This document shows positions 30,870 to 40,781 of a stretch of DNA of 64,000 nucleotides, in pieces. Origin of the DNA: an uncultured Candidatus Binatia bacterium (GTDB taxonomy: Bacteria; Desulfobacterota; Binatia; UBA9968; JAJDTQ01); NCBI GenBank assembly GCA_964291295.2, contig OZ219754.1, positions 1,856,001-1,920,000 of the forward strand, written 5' to 3'. The notes below the pieces were generated by a model. The model was not told the DNA's origin, searched no databases, and worked only from the letters and a program-made list of their open reading frames with translations. Both the position numbers and the translations under genes were made by a program. The stretch's first letter is position 1. The number at the start of each line of letters is the position of its first letter.

Positions 30870-31661
30870 TCAGGGCGCCTGCGGTTGCCCGCGGGCGTCG
30901 CCAGTGGTGGTGACGGTGGTGATCTGTGCCAGCGCGAACGCGTGCCGCGGTGCGAGGCGGAGGGCGCGGATGTAGTTGAAATCGGCCCGCCCGTGAAATC
31001 CCGCGGCGGCGGCGTTGCGCGCCCGCAGCACATGGACCTCCGCGAGCCAGCCGGCGTCGGCTCCGAGCTTCGACTCCGCGACGTCGAGAAAACTCAGGGA
31101 GTCCGCGTAGTTCTGCAGGAAGTAGTGGGCGCGGGCGATGAAGTAGTGAATGTAGGGGTTGATGGCGTCGATGCCGACGGCCCGCTCGAACCGCGCCAGC
31201 GCGGCCTCGTAGTCTTCGCTGTGCAGAAGCGTCCGGCCCTCTCGTATCAGCTTCATGGAGGCGTCCTGTTGCGGCCCCCTGGCACCGGCGAGGCGGTGGA
31301 GCGGCGGCAGGTCGTACGAGCCGTCCGGCTCCTTGACCGCCGCAGCCCCGAACTCCGAGGCGGGGGCCGCCGTAGAGGGTGCCGCGCCTGCCCGCGCCCC
31401 GGTTCCCGGCACGCTCTCCCGAACTACCGGCGCCGTTTCCCGGCGGGGAATCGGCAGTTCCATTTCGTGAATCGTCCCCTGACGGAACAACGCGGACGTG
31501 TCCGCGCTCGGCCGCGGTTCCTGTGGCCAGCCGCTGCCGGCGGCGAGCAGCGTCACGAGGCAGACCGCCGCGGCGGCGAACGCATCCCGACGTCGCGCCG
31601 TGCCGCGCACCACGACCGGGGAGGCCGGGGATCCATCCAGCGCGTTTCCGAACAGAGACAT
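30870..31661 (-). CDS. Exported TPR-repeat protein
   Basis: Hydrophobic segment, then TPRs (ALARFERAVGID, YFIARAHY); ATG coupled to the upstream small ORF. Confidence 0.72.
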   Translation of the reverse strand: MSLFGNALDGSPASPVVVRGTARRRDAFAAAAVCLVTLLAAGSGWPQEPRPSADTSALFRQGTIHEMELPIPRRETAPVVRESVPGTGARAGAAPSTAAPASEFGAAAVKEPDGSYDLPPLHRLAGARGPQQDASMKLIREGRTLLHSEDYEAALARFERAVGIDAINPYIHYFIARAHYFLQNYADSLSFLDVAESKLGADAGWLAEVHVLRARNAAAAGFHGRADFNYIRALRLAPRHAFALAQITTVTTTGDARGQPQAP

Positions 31662-31807
31662 CACAGCAGTATCACCGCCAGCACCGTACCGAGAGCGAAG
31701 GGAACCAGCGCCGCCGGCGGCAGGTTCCCGCTGGCGGTGTCGAGAACCACCAGCAGGGACAGTCCGATGAACACGAGACCGGGATAGGTTACCAGCAACT
31801 CGAGCAT
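31661..31807 (-). CDS. Small (48 aa) two-helix membrane protein, absent from the ORF track
   Basis: MLELLVTYPGLVFIGLSLLVVLDTASGNLPPAALVPFALGTVLAVILL*; its TGA overlaps the ATG of the TPR gene (TGATG). Confidence 0.65.
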   Translation of the reverse strand: MLELLVTYPGLVFIGLSLLVVLDTASGNLPPAALVPFALGTVLAVILL

Positions 31808-32059
31808 GGGTCAGGGTCCGAACGCCCGTTTCGACCGGAAGCGGTCCGATCATCCAACCGTGCAACCCATTGTGGTCCCCGACCTCAAGGGTGTCAAGGC
31901 GGGCGTCGCCGGCACCGCAGACCGCAAGTCCTCCAGGCCGGTCCTCCGGGGCTCGCATGGACTTCACCGGCAGGCGGCAGCCGGAGTCCGGACCGAAACG
32001 CCGGAGCGCCGGTAAACCTGCGGGAGCGCCGGGACAGTGCAAGGGGCGCGCCGGCCGCG

Positions 32060-32088
32060 TTGACAGGTCCGGGCCTGCGTGTTACGAG
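32060..32088 (+). promoter_or_regulatory. Putative sigma70 promoter for the small protein-M20-TPP-RidA cluster
   Basis: TTGACA-N17-TACGAG with an upstream TG; weak -10. Confidence 0.4.
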
Positions 32089-32181
32089 CCGTCCAGAGAG
32101 CCCGAGCCCGGGTGCCACGCCGGGTATCACGCGTGCCGCGCGCAGTCCCCGGGCCGCCGTTCGCAGGATGGAGGAGCCACG

Positions 32182-32349
32182 GTGAAGGAACGGATTCGCG
32201 AGATCGACAAGGAATACGGATTCAATCTCGGCGAGGACGAGATCGAGACCATCGCGAAGCAGGCGGAGGAAACCCATCGACTGCTCCAGGAACTCTACAA
32301 GGTCGACGTGAACGGGGTCGCGCCCATGGTGAAGAGCGACAGGCGCTGA
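32182..32349 (+). CDS. Small acidic protein (55 aa), GatC/AtzG-like
   Basis: GGAGGAG RBS then GTG; KERIREIDKEYGFNLGEDEIETIAKQ...LYKVDVNGVAP; coding-like codon usage. Confidence 0.7.
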   Translation: MKERIREIDKEYGFNLGEDEIETIAKQAEETHRLLQELYKVDVNGVAPMVKSDRR

Positions 32350-32374
32350 CCCGCGCCCGCTGTCCCCCGACAAC

Positions 32375-33649
32375 ATGGACAACAGCACCAGGGAACGCAT
32401 TCTCCAGCACATCGACGGCCAGGAACTGGCCGAGTTGACCCGCGATCTGGTGGACATCCCGAGCCCCACCGGATCGGAGAAGGAGATCGGCGAGTTCATT
32501 CTCGACTGGTACGGGCGCAACGGCCTCAAGCCCATCCGCCAGGAGATCGACCCCGACCGCATCAACGCGGTGGGCGTGCTCCAGGGCACCGGCGACGGCG
32601 TGTCGCTGATGATCAACGGCCACATGGACACGAGCTTTACCGGCCAGGAAGACGATGGGATGCTGTGCCGGCAACTCGAGCCCCGGAGCGAGTTGCGCGG
32701 CGCCATCCGCGACGGCAAGGTGTTCGGCCTGGCCGCGTCCAACATGAAGTCGGGCCTTGCGGCGTTCATGGTGGCGGGCAAGGCGCTCCGGCAGAGCGGC
32801 GTGGCCATCAAGGGTGATCTGATCCTGGCGGCCGTGGCGGGGGAGATCTCCCGTACCCCCATCGGGCCGTATCAGTCCGGACTGTACCGCGGCGAAGGTA
32901 CCGGCACCCGTCATCTGCTGACCTACGGCGTCCAGTCCGACTACGCCATCGTCGCGGACCGCTCGGCGCTGTCCATCGTCTGGACCCAGTGCGGCGTGGC
33001 CCAGTTCAAGATCGACACCTTCGGCAATCCCCACGCGGCTTGGGGCGTCACCCGCCAGCAGGAGCCGCCCGAAGAGCACAACGCGGTGCTGAAGATGGCC
33101 AAGGTGGTGCAGGCGGTGGACGCCTGGGCCGAGCGGTTCGAGGCCAACCATGTCTATCGGTCGGCCAACGGTCCGATCCTCCCCAAGGTCAACCTGGGCT
33201 CGGTGCAGGGGGGCGCTCCCTACCGGCCCAACTACCACCCCGGCATCTGCTCCCTGTACGTGGACGTGCGCATCCCGCCGCAGCTTCGCCCCATCGAGGT
33301 GCAGCGGCAGTTGCGCGCGGTCATGGATGCCACCGGCTACGAGTACGATATCGAGATGTACACGTCGAAGATGGGCTATGAGGCCAAGGGGATCGAACCG
33401 GTGGTGGACGTCATCGAGTCGGCGCACCAGGAGCTGTTCGGCAAGAAGACGACGCCGGCCAACACCTTCCGGTCCAGCATCTGGACCGACACCAACATCT
33501 ACAACGAGATGGGCATTCCCGCCTGCAAGTTCGGCCTCGGCGGCGGCCGCTGGACCACGCGGTCGGAGCAGATCGACATCGACGAGATCGTGCGCGCATC
33601 GCAGATATATGCGCTGTCGGCGGCAACGATATGCAACTGGACCCGGTAG
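32375..33649 (+). CDS. M20/ArgE-like metallo-amidohydrolase (divergent)
   Basis: LVDIPSPTGSE, NGHMDT, ASNMKSG. Confidence 0.88.
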   Translation: MDNSTRERILQHIDGQELAELTRDLVDIPSPTGSEKEIGEFILDWYGRNGLKPIRQEIDPDRINAVGVLQGTGDGVSLMINGHMDTSFTGQEDDGMLCRQLEPRSELRGAIRDGKVFGLAASNMKSGLAAFMVAGKALRQSGVAIKGDLILAAVAGEISRTPIGPYQSGLYRGEGTGTRHLLTYGVQSDYAIVADRSALSIVWTQCGVAQFKIDTFGNPHAAWGVTRQQEPPEEHNAVLKMAKVVQAVDAWAERFEANHVYRSANGPILPKVNLGSVQGGAPYRPNYHPGICSLYVDVRIPPQLRPIEVQRQLRAVMDATGYEYDIEMYTSKMGYEAKGIEPVVDVIESAHQELFGKKTTPANTFRSSIWTDTNIYNEMGIPACKFGLGGGRWTTRSEQIDIDEIVRASQIYALSAATICNWTR

Positions 33650-33667
33650 CCGCCGCAGGGACGACCC

Positions 33668-34174
33668 ATGGAACCGCAGCTGGCTGAGAAGATCGTCCAG
33701 GGCCTGAAGGCCGCGGGCATCGATTTCATGACGTATCTGCCGGAGAGCCGTCTCAGTCAGATCCTGCCGTTGCTGCGCGACGACGGCACGGTCCGGCTGG
33801 TGGCGGCCGCCAGCGAGCAGGAGGCCGTCACCATCGCCGCGGGCGCGGCCCTCGGAGGCCGGCGAGCGGCCTGCTACATGGAGAGCACCGGCCCCTACGT
33901 GTCCGCCTATTCGCTGCTCACCGTGGGCAAGCAGATGGGCGTGCCGATCCTGCTGCTGATAGGCTTTCTGGGCGGTTTCGCCGATCAGCGGAACAGTTTT
34001 CTCTACGTTACCATCGGCATGCGGATGATCCCCACCCTCGAAGGCCTGGGCCTGGAATACCGCGTGATCGAGAATGCGGAGAATCTCGAGCGGCACATCA
34101 GGGACGCGCAGCGGGTCAGCGACTCCATGCGCGCCCCGGCGGCGTTGATCTTCTCGGGGGATTTCGCCCGATGA
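33668..34174 (+). CDS. TPP-dependent decarboxylase alpha subunit (ComD/phosphonopyruvate decarboxylase-like)
   Basis: YLPES, SEQEAVTIAAGAALGG, YMESTG. Confidence 0.82.
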   Translation: MEPQLAEKIVQGLKAAGIDFMTYLPESRLSQILPLLRDDGTVRLVAAASEQEAVTIAAGAALGGRRAACYMESTGPYVSAYSLLTVGKQMGVPILLLIGFLGGFADQRNSFLYVTIGMRMIPTLEGLGLEYRVIENAENLERHIRDAQRVSDSMRAPAALIFSGDFAR

Positions 34175-34773
34175 TCCGGCGCGACTGCCTCGAACTCATG
34201 GCGCCGTTGATGACCGATCAACTGGTGCTCTCCTCCCAGAGCGGTCAGCGCATCGAGTGGTTCCAGCTGTCCCGACACGAGGGAAACCTGCTGGTGGGAA
34301 TGATGGGATGCGCCACCGGCGTGGGCATGGGCTTGGCACTGGCGCTGCCCCACCGGCGGGTCATCGTGCTGGAATCGGACGGCAGCGTTCTGCTGTCGCT
34401 GTTCAATCTTCCCACTCTGGGCAATCTCCACCTGGACAACCTGACGGTCTTCGTGTTCGACAACGAGGTCTACAGCGGCAGCACCATGAGCGAGCCCACG
34501 GCCACCGCCGGCAAGACCGACCTCGCGGCCATCGCCCGGGCCTCGGGAATCGATAACGCCGTGACCGTGGACGACCTCGACGGCTTCAGGAAGCACGGTC
34601 TGCCCGGGGTCACCGGAGCCGGGCTCCACTATGTGGTGTGCAAGGTCGAGGAGAGCCTCTGGCACCGCCAGATCCCGCGCCCCGACGTCGACCTGGCCGA
34701 GTACAAGTACCGGTTCGTTCGTTATATCGAGCGCACCGAGGGCAGGACCCTCCCCTTCGTCGGCCGGGGATAG
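34171..34773 (+). CDS. TPP-dependent decarboxylase beta subunit (ComE-like)
   Basis: GMMGCATGVGMGLAL, SDGSVLL...DNEVY TPP motif; ATGA overlap with the alpha gene. Confidence 0.82.
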   Translation: MIRRDCLELMAPLMTDQLVLSSQSGQRIEWFQLSRHEGNLLVGMMGCATGVGMGLALALPHRRVIVLESDGSVLLSLFNLPTLGNLHLDNLTVFVFDNEVYSGSTMSEPTATAGKTDLAAIARASGIDNAVTVDDLDGFRKHGLPGVTGAGLHYVVCKVEESLWHRQIPRPDVDLAEYKYRFVRYIERTEGRTLPFVGRG

Positions 34774-34875
34774 GGACTGTGCAGGCGCGGACCGTGCACG
34801 CGCTCGAAACCGGACATTCCGGATGTTTCGGATGTTCCGAAGGGATCCGATCAAGTCACAAGGAGGTGCATCACC

Positions 34876-35388
34876 ATGCCAACCAACGCCGAAGCGGTAA
34901 AACGGCAGGAAGCGGAGAAGACCGAGTACGATTGGGGCACGCTCTGGCCCCACTACCACAAGGAGAAGATGAACTGGGCCACCGGGTTTCGCACCCGCGG
35001 CGACGTGGACATCCTGTTCCTCTCCGGTTCCACCGGACGCGACCCTTTCGAGGACGCGCCCTGCCGGGAGCCCAACCAGGAGCGGGAAGGCCGCGGCAAG
35101 GTGGTGGGCGGCATCAGGGAGCAGACCCGTCAGGCTTGGCAGGACATCAAGGACAACCTCGAGATGATGGGCGCGGAGCTGAAGCACATCGTCATGCTCC
35201 GCTACTTCCTCGCGCGGCGCCAGGACGTGTTCGACATGCGTGACGAGATGTATGCGTTCTTCGAGGAGCACGAGCCCGACCTGCGCGCGCATCCCCGCCC
35301 CGCGACGCTGCTGCGCGGCGTCGGTATCGACCTGCAGGACATGCTGATCGAGATCGAGGCGTGGGCGGCGGTGCCGCGGAAGAAGTAG
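34876..35388 (+). CDS. RidA/YjgF family protein
   Basis: LFLSG, QTRQAWQDI, PRPATLLRGV, LIEIEAWA; AGGAGG RBS. Confidence 0.82.
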   Translation: MPTNAEAVKRQEAEKTEYDWGTLWPHYHKEKMNWATGFRTRGDVDILFLSGSTGRDPFEDAPCREPNQEREGRGKVVGGIREQTRQAWQDIKDNLEMMGAELKHIVMLRYFLARRQDVFDMRDEMYAFFEEHEPDLRAHPRPATLLRGVGIDLQDMLIEIEAWAAVPRKK

Positions 35389-35490
35389 CCGCGGTGGTGG
35401 CCTGAAACGCGATGCGGGGCTCTGTCGCCGGCCGGCGGCCCCCCGCATCCCTCCGGGCGCCGCCCGGCTCCCACGGCCGGTCCCCGGGTT

Positions 35491-36264
35491 TTACGGCCAG
35501 TCCAGTTCCGCCACCACCGGCGCGTGGTCGGACGGCTTCGAACCCTTGCGCTCGTCCCGGTCGACACCGGCCCACGTGGTTCGCGCCGCCAGTTCCGGGG
35601 TGGCAAGAATGTGGTCGATGCGCAGCCCCTGGTTGCGTGGAAACGCCAGTTGGCGGTAGTCCCACCACGAATAGAGCCCCGGCTCGGGATTGTGCATCCG
35701 CACCACGTCCCGGAGGCCCCATTCAACGAGCCGCGTCATCATGTCGGTCATGTCGGGATTGAAGAGCACGGTGCCGCGCCACGCGTCCGGCTCCGCCACG
35801 TCCGCCGCGTCCGGCGCGATGTTGAAGTCCCCCGAGATCAGCAGGGGCGTTTCGGGAACGCGGGTTCGGTCCAGGTACGCCATCAGGCGCTCAAGCCATT
35901 CCCGCTTGTAGACGTACTTGTCCGAATCGATGCGGTTGCCGTTGGGGACATAGACCGACACGAACCGCACGCCCCGGATCATCGCGGAGATGCAGCGCGC
36001 CTGCGGATCGTCGGCGCCGTCGTCGAAGCCCACGCGCACATCCTCGATAGGTTCCCGCGAAAGGATGGCGACGCCGTTGTAGGTCTTCTGTCCGTGCACC
36101 GCGGCGTGATAGCCCCGCTCCTGCACCGCCTGGGAGGGAAACTGCGCGTCGGTGACCTTGGTCTCCTGAAGACAGACCACGTCCGGGCTCTGGCGCGACA
36201 GCCAGCGCCACAGGCGCTCGTCCCGCGCCCGGATCGAATTCAGGTTCCACGTGACGACTTTCAA
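35491..36264 (-). CDS. xth: Exodeoxyribonuclease III
   Basis: TWNLNSIR, CLQETK, YNGVA, GDFNIAP, WWDYR, SDHAP. Confidence 0.95.
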   Translation of the reverse strand: MKVVTWNLNSIRARDERLWRWLSRQSPDVVCLQETKVTDAQFPSQAVQERGYHAAVHGQKTYNGVAILSREPIEDVRVGFDDGADDPQARCISAMIRGVRFVSVYVPNGNRIDSDKYVYKREWLERLMAYLDRTRVPETPLLISGDFNIAPDAADVAEPDAWRGTVLFNPDMTDMMTRLVEWGLRDVVRMHNPEPGLYSWWDYRQLAFPRNQGLRIDHILATPELAARTTWAGVDRDERKGSKPSDHAPVVAELDWP

Positions 36265-36305
36265 TGGCTCCTCCCGTCTCCGTTACCCCCGCGGCATGAC
36301 GCGGC

Positions 36306-37115
36306 TCAGGCCCCCGCCGTCCAGTAGCGGCCGTTGTGCCGCCTCAGGACAAGCGGCGTCTCGTAGAGCTTCTGAAGCAGATTTTCGGTGATGACCCTGG
36401 CCGTGTCTCCCGATTGCAGGATCCGACCGCCCTTGAGGACGAGGGTCTTCTCGAAGGCGGGCAGGATCTCCTCGACGTGGTGCGTGACGTAGACCAGCGC
36501 GGTGGCGCCGCTGGTGCGCCCGAGCTCCTGGAGCGCCGCCAGCAGGCCTTCCCGCGCGCCCGGGTCCAGCCCGGCGCAGGGCTCGTCCAGGAACATCAGG
36601 CCAGGCCGGGCCATCAGCGCGCGGCTGATGAGGACTTTCTGCTGTTCTCCCTGGGAAAGCGTGCCAAAGGCCTGGTCCTTCAACCGCAGGCATCCCATGC
36701 GCGCCATGATGGCCTCGGCCCGGGCGAAGTCTTCGTCCACCGGGCGGACCGCGGCCATTTCCATCAGGCCGATCTGGGCGAACTTTCCCGACACCACCGT
36801 TCGCAACGCCCCCTCCCGCCCGGGGATCCGGGAGGTCAGGGATGCCGTGACCCAGCCGATGCTCTGGCGCAGCTCCCGGAGGTCCACCCGCGGGCTGCCG
36901 TTGCGGTGGACCACCCCGCCCTGGTTGGGCCACAGATAGCCGCACGCCATCTTCAGCAGCGTGGTCTTGCCCGACCCGTTGGGTCCCAGGATTACCCAGT
37001 GCTCGCCCGGGCCGACGCGCCAGTCGATGGAGTCGAGAATCGCGCGTCCGCCCGCCGCGTAGGAGACGTTCCGAATGTCGAGGGGGGCGGCCGTGTTCAT
37101 GACTGCCGTATTCAT
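36306..37115 (-). CDS. ABC ATP-binding protein (ModF/YlmA-like)
   Basis: GPNGSGKT, LSQGEQQ, LDEPCAGLD, VTHHVEE; start 37115 or 37100. Confidence 0.88.
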   Translation of the reverse strand: MNTAVMNTAAPLDIRNVSYAAGGRAILDSIDWRVGPGEHWVILGPNGSGKTTLLKMACGYLWPNQGGVVHRNGSPRVDLRELRQSIGWVTASLTSRIPGREGALRTVVSGKFAQIGLMEMAAVRPVDEDFARAEAIMARMGCLRLKDQAFGTLSQGEQQKVLISRALMARPGLMFLDEPCAGLDPGAREGLLAALQELGRTSGATALVYVTHHVEEILPAFEKTLVLKGGRILQSGDTARVITENLLQKLYETPLVLRRHNGRYWTAGA

Positions 37116-37387
37116 GTTGCCGAGTCGTCCTGGATGCAATGTCGTCCACCGCGCGTCAATCCCCGCGCAAGCGGGGTGGCGGAAGGAATCGCGGCGATCG
37201 TGTTGTCATCCCGATGCGAAAGTTCTAGATAGCATGACCATGCGAAGACTCGAAGGCCGGACACGACCGGGAGCGGGCATGGACTCGACCAGGGAACCGG
37301 TTCCGCGAAGGCGATGGCGGAAGTGGGTGCCGGCGAGATCGGGCCGTTGGACCGGACCGTGCCCATGACCGATCTGCCCGCGGGCGA

Positions 37388-38563
37388 ATGGAGTCGATGA
37401 TGCGTCATGCGCTCCGGCGTCGGATGAGGGCCGGTGCAATTTCTCTCCTGATCGTCCTCCCGGGCTTCGCCGGGTCCGGCACCGTTACCCGTGCCGACAC
37501 GGTCGAACGCACCGAGCGGCACGACGTGCGCCTGCGCATCCTGACCCGCGGACTTGATCGCCCCTGGTCCTTGGCATTTCTGCCCGACGGAGGGCTGCTG
37601 GTGACCGAACGGCGCGGCCGGCTCCGCCATGTCTCCGCCGATGGCACGCTGGATCCCGTTCCCGTTTCCGGGCTTCCCGAAGCGGTGGCCGAGCGGCGGC
37701 AGGGCGGACTGCACGATGTGGTGCCGCATCCCCGGTTTCCGGAAAACCGCCTCGTCTATCTCGCCTACGCGGGCAAGGGGAGCGGCGGCTACGGCACGGA
37801 ACTGGCCCGGGGCCGGCTTGACGGCCACCGCCTCACCGGCGTGCAGGTGCTGTTCAGGGCGCGGCCGAAGTCTTGGGGCGGCCGCCACTTCGGCGGCCGT
37901 GTGGTGTTCGACGGCAAGGGGCACGTATTCCTGACCCTGGGGGATCGGGGCCGGCGGTCAAGCGCGCAGGATCCCGGCGACCACGCCGGCTCCGTCATCC
38001 GACTGACCGAGGACGGCCGCGTGCCGCCGGACAACCCCTACCGGTCCGTGGCCGGCGCGAGACCGGAGATCTACACTCTCGGCAACCGCAACATTCAGGG
38101 CGCGGCCATCCATCCGCTCACCGGTGAACCATGGACCCACGAGCACGGTCCGCAGGGGGGTGATGAGATCAACATCATCCGTGCGGGCGTGAACTACGGC
38201 TGGCCGGTGATCACCTATGGCCGGAATTACGGCATCGGCACGCGCATCGGTGAGGGCACGCACAAGGAGGGGATGGCTCAGCCGCTGCATCAGTGGACGC
38301 CGTCCATCGCGCCCTCGGGCATGGCGTTCTACCACGGCGACAAGTTCCCCGGCTGGCGCGGCAATCTGCTGGTGGGTGCGCTCGCCTTCCGCCTGCTGGC
38401 GCGTCTTGAACTCGACGGAGAGCGGGTGGTACGCGAAGAGCGGATGTTGCGCGGGACCCTGGGCCGGATCCGCGACGTACGCGTCGGGCCGGACGGCTAC
38501 GTCTACCTGCTGAGCGACGAGCAGCCCGGGGTGCTGGCGCGGCTCGAGCCGGCCGGCGGTTGA
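37388..38563 (+). CDS. PQQ-dependent glucose/sorbosone dehydrogenase family (YliI-like)
   Basis: PWSLAFLPDG, HFGGR, GNRNIQG, EHGPQGGDEIN, NYGWP, PSIAPSG. Confidence 0.92.
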   Translation: MESMMRHALRRRMRAGAISLLIVLPGFAGSGTVTRADTVERTERHDVRLRILTRGLDRPWSLAFLPDGGLLVTERRGRLRHVSADGTLDPVPVSGLPEAVAERRQGGLHDVVPHPRFPENRLVYLAYAGKGSGGYGTELARGRLDGHRLTGVQVLFRARPKSWGGRHFGGRVVFDGKGHVFLTLGDRGRRSSAQDPGDHAGSVIRLTEDGRVPPDNPYRSVAGARPEIYTLGNRNIQGAAIHPLTGEPWTHEHGPQGGDEINIIRAGVNYGWPVITYGRNYGIGTRIGEGTHKEGMAQPLHQWTPSIAPSGMAFYHGDKFPGWRGNLLVGALAFRLLARLELDGERVVREERMLRGTLGRIRDVRVGPDGYVYLLSDEQPGVLARLEPAGG

Positions 38564-38723
38564 GGCCTTCGACCCCCGGAGTGGGCGGCGGGGGGCCATC
38601 CCCGCTTGTGCCTCGCGGCGCGGGCCGATGCGTATCGGTCGCATCCTTGGTGGTATCCTTGACCGCATCCTCGGCGGCGTCCTGAGCCCGGTGCGCCGAG
38701 GACGCCGCCGGGCGGCGAAGCGG

Positions 38724-40616
38724 TCAGCCCACCCGCCTGCCGTCTTCGTGGTTGACGGCAATGACCGCGGAACGAGGCACGCTGTTGCCGCCGTCGGGAA
38801 AATGGCTGTTTCCCTTCTCGCCGGGGTGCTGGACGCCGACGAAGAGCGTCCTGCGGTCGGCGCTCCAGGTGATGCCCGTGATTTCGAACTCCTTGGGCCC
38901 GACCATGAAGCGGCGGATCTCACCTGTCGCCGGGTCACCCACCAGCATCTGGTTGTTGCCCTGCCCGCGAAACCCGTCCTTGTTGCCGTAATTCCCGTCG
39001 GTCTGGATCCAGAGCATCCCGTTGCTGTCGAAGGCGAGCCCGTCAGGGGAATTGAACATGTTGCCGGGGTTCACGTTGTCCGAGCCGGCGTTGGCGCCGG
39101 AATGGACGGTGGGATTGCCGGCGACGACATAGAGATCCCACGAGAAACCGGGGGCGAGGTGATTGCCGCCGTCGGGGCGCCAGCGGACGATCTGGCCGTA
39201 GAGATTGCCGGCGCGCGGATTGGGTCCGCCAACCGGAGTCGCATCGCCGCCCTTGTTCGGTTTTTTGCCGCGGTGCTTGTTGTTGGTAAGGCAGCAGTAG
39301 ACCTCGGCCCTGTTCGGGTTCGCCGAGATCCATTCGGGACGGTCCATGGTGGTGGCCCCGACCGTCGAGGCGGCCATCCGGGTGTGTACGCAGATTTCGG
39401 CGAGCGACGACATTCCGGTGGCCTCGGGCACAAGCTCCACCCATCGGCCGCGTCCCGTGTCGGCAAATCTGGCGGCGTACAGCCGCCCGGAATCGAGGAG
39501 ATTCCGGTTGTCTCCACCCTCGGCATGGCGACCGTCGCTGACGAAGCGGTAGAGGAACTCGCCGCGTTCGTCATCGCCCATATAGACGACGGCCCGGCCG
39601 TCGGCCGCGAGCACGAGTTCCGCATTCTCATGCTTGAAGCGGCCGAGCGCGGTCCGCTTTTTCGGAGTGGACGCGGGATCAAGCGGATCGATCTCGACGA
39701 CCCAGCCGGCGCGGTTGGGCTCGTTGGGATGGCGGGCGATATCGAACCGAGGGTCCGCCATCGCCCACGCATGGCCTCGGTCCTTCAGACCGATGCCGTA
39801 GCGCCTGAAGGCGGGGCTGATGGCGAGTTCGGGATCGCTCGAGGAGAAGTAGCCGTTGAAGTTTTCCTCGCAGGCGAGATAGGTGCCCCAGGGTGTGCGC
39901 CCGTTGCCGCAGTTGTTCCACGTGCCGAGGCACCGGGTACCCGACGGGTCGGCTGCGGTCTGGAGCAGCGCGTGGCCCCGTGCCGGTCCGGTGATCTCCA
40001 TCGGGGTGTCGGCGGTGATCCGTCGATTATAGGGCGAGTCCTTGACGATGGACCATGTGCCGCCGCGTTGCGCGACTTCCATCACCGTCAAGCCGTGGCC
40101 AGCCTTGCCCTTGCGCACATCGTCGGCGGTCTTCGGTTTGCCGCTGCCGTAGAAGATGCCGAGATTGACATACTCATTGTTGACCGCGAGTACATGGCGG
40201 CCGCCCGTGGTGAACAGCGCCATGCCGTCGATGTTGTCGCCGACGGCGCGTTCCTGGCTTGCGCCGGTGCCGCGCGTGCGGGCGTCGAACGCCACCCCGT
40301 CCGACCACAGCGGGTCGCCCCATCTGGCGACGACATGCCAGCGATAGCCCTTCGCCAACGTGATCGTGTCGAGGGTATTGGCGGGAACCGGCGAAAAGCC
40401 GAGACGGTTGCGCGCCGCCAAGGCCGCCATGGGATTGACGGCGGCGGTGACGAAGGCCGCGGCCCCGAAAGCCACACCCATGCCGAGCAGTGTGCGGCGT
40501 GACAGCCGCCGTTCGACCAGACGCTCGAAATCCGTTTCCACCAGAGCCGATTCACCGGCTTCGTCGAATCCGTGGTTGAAGGTTGCCCTGGTTTCCATGC
40601 GTTTTGTGCGGTGCAT
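38724..40616 (-). CDS. phoX: Alkaline phosphatase PhoX (Tat-exported)
   Basis: SRRTLL Tat motif, NCGNGRTPWGTYLACEENF, GRFKHE, MDRPE, SPDGL, VQHPGE. Confidence 0.93.
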   Translation of the reverse strand: MHRTKRMETRATFNHGFDEAGESALVETDFERLVERRLSRRTLLGMGVAFGAAAFVTAAVNPMAALAARNRLGFSPVPANTLDTITLAKGYRWHVVARWGDPLWSDGVAFDARTRGTGASQERAVGDNIDGMALFTTGGRHVLAVNNEYVNLGIFYGSGKPKTADDVRKGKAGHGLTVMEVAQRGGTWSIVKDSPYNRRITADTPMEITGPARGHALLQTAADPSGTRCLGTWNNCGNGRTPWGTYLACEENFNGYFSSSDPELAISPAFRRYGIGLKDRGHAWAMADPRFDIARHPNEPNRAGWVVEIDPLDPASTPKKRTALGRFKHENAELVLAADGRAVVYMGDDERGEFLYRFVSDGRHAEGGDNRNLLDSGRLYAARFADTGRGRWVELVPEATGMSSLAEICVHTRMAASTVGATTMDRPEWISANPNRAEVYCCLTNNKHRGKKPNKGGDATPVGGPNPRAGNLYGQIVRWRPDGGNHLAPGFSWDLYVVAGNPTVHSGANAGSDNVNPGNMFNSPDGLAFDSNGMLWIQTDGNYGNKDGFRGQGNNQMLVGDPATGEIRRFMVGPKEFEITGITWSADRRTLFVGVQHPGEKGNSHFPDGGNSVPRSAVIAVNHEDGRRVG

Positions 40617-40781
40617 GTCTGTCCTCCCCGTGCCGCGTCCGCGGCGGTTGTCGACAACAGTCGGTACGACTGCAATGAGACTGTTGCCCCAGAATAGACC
40701 GCAGACGTTGCTCCGTCGTGACCGGAGCATTACGGGAAGATGAAAAACGGGGGGGCGTCGCGCCGCCGGCACCGGCGCCGG

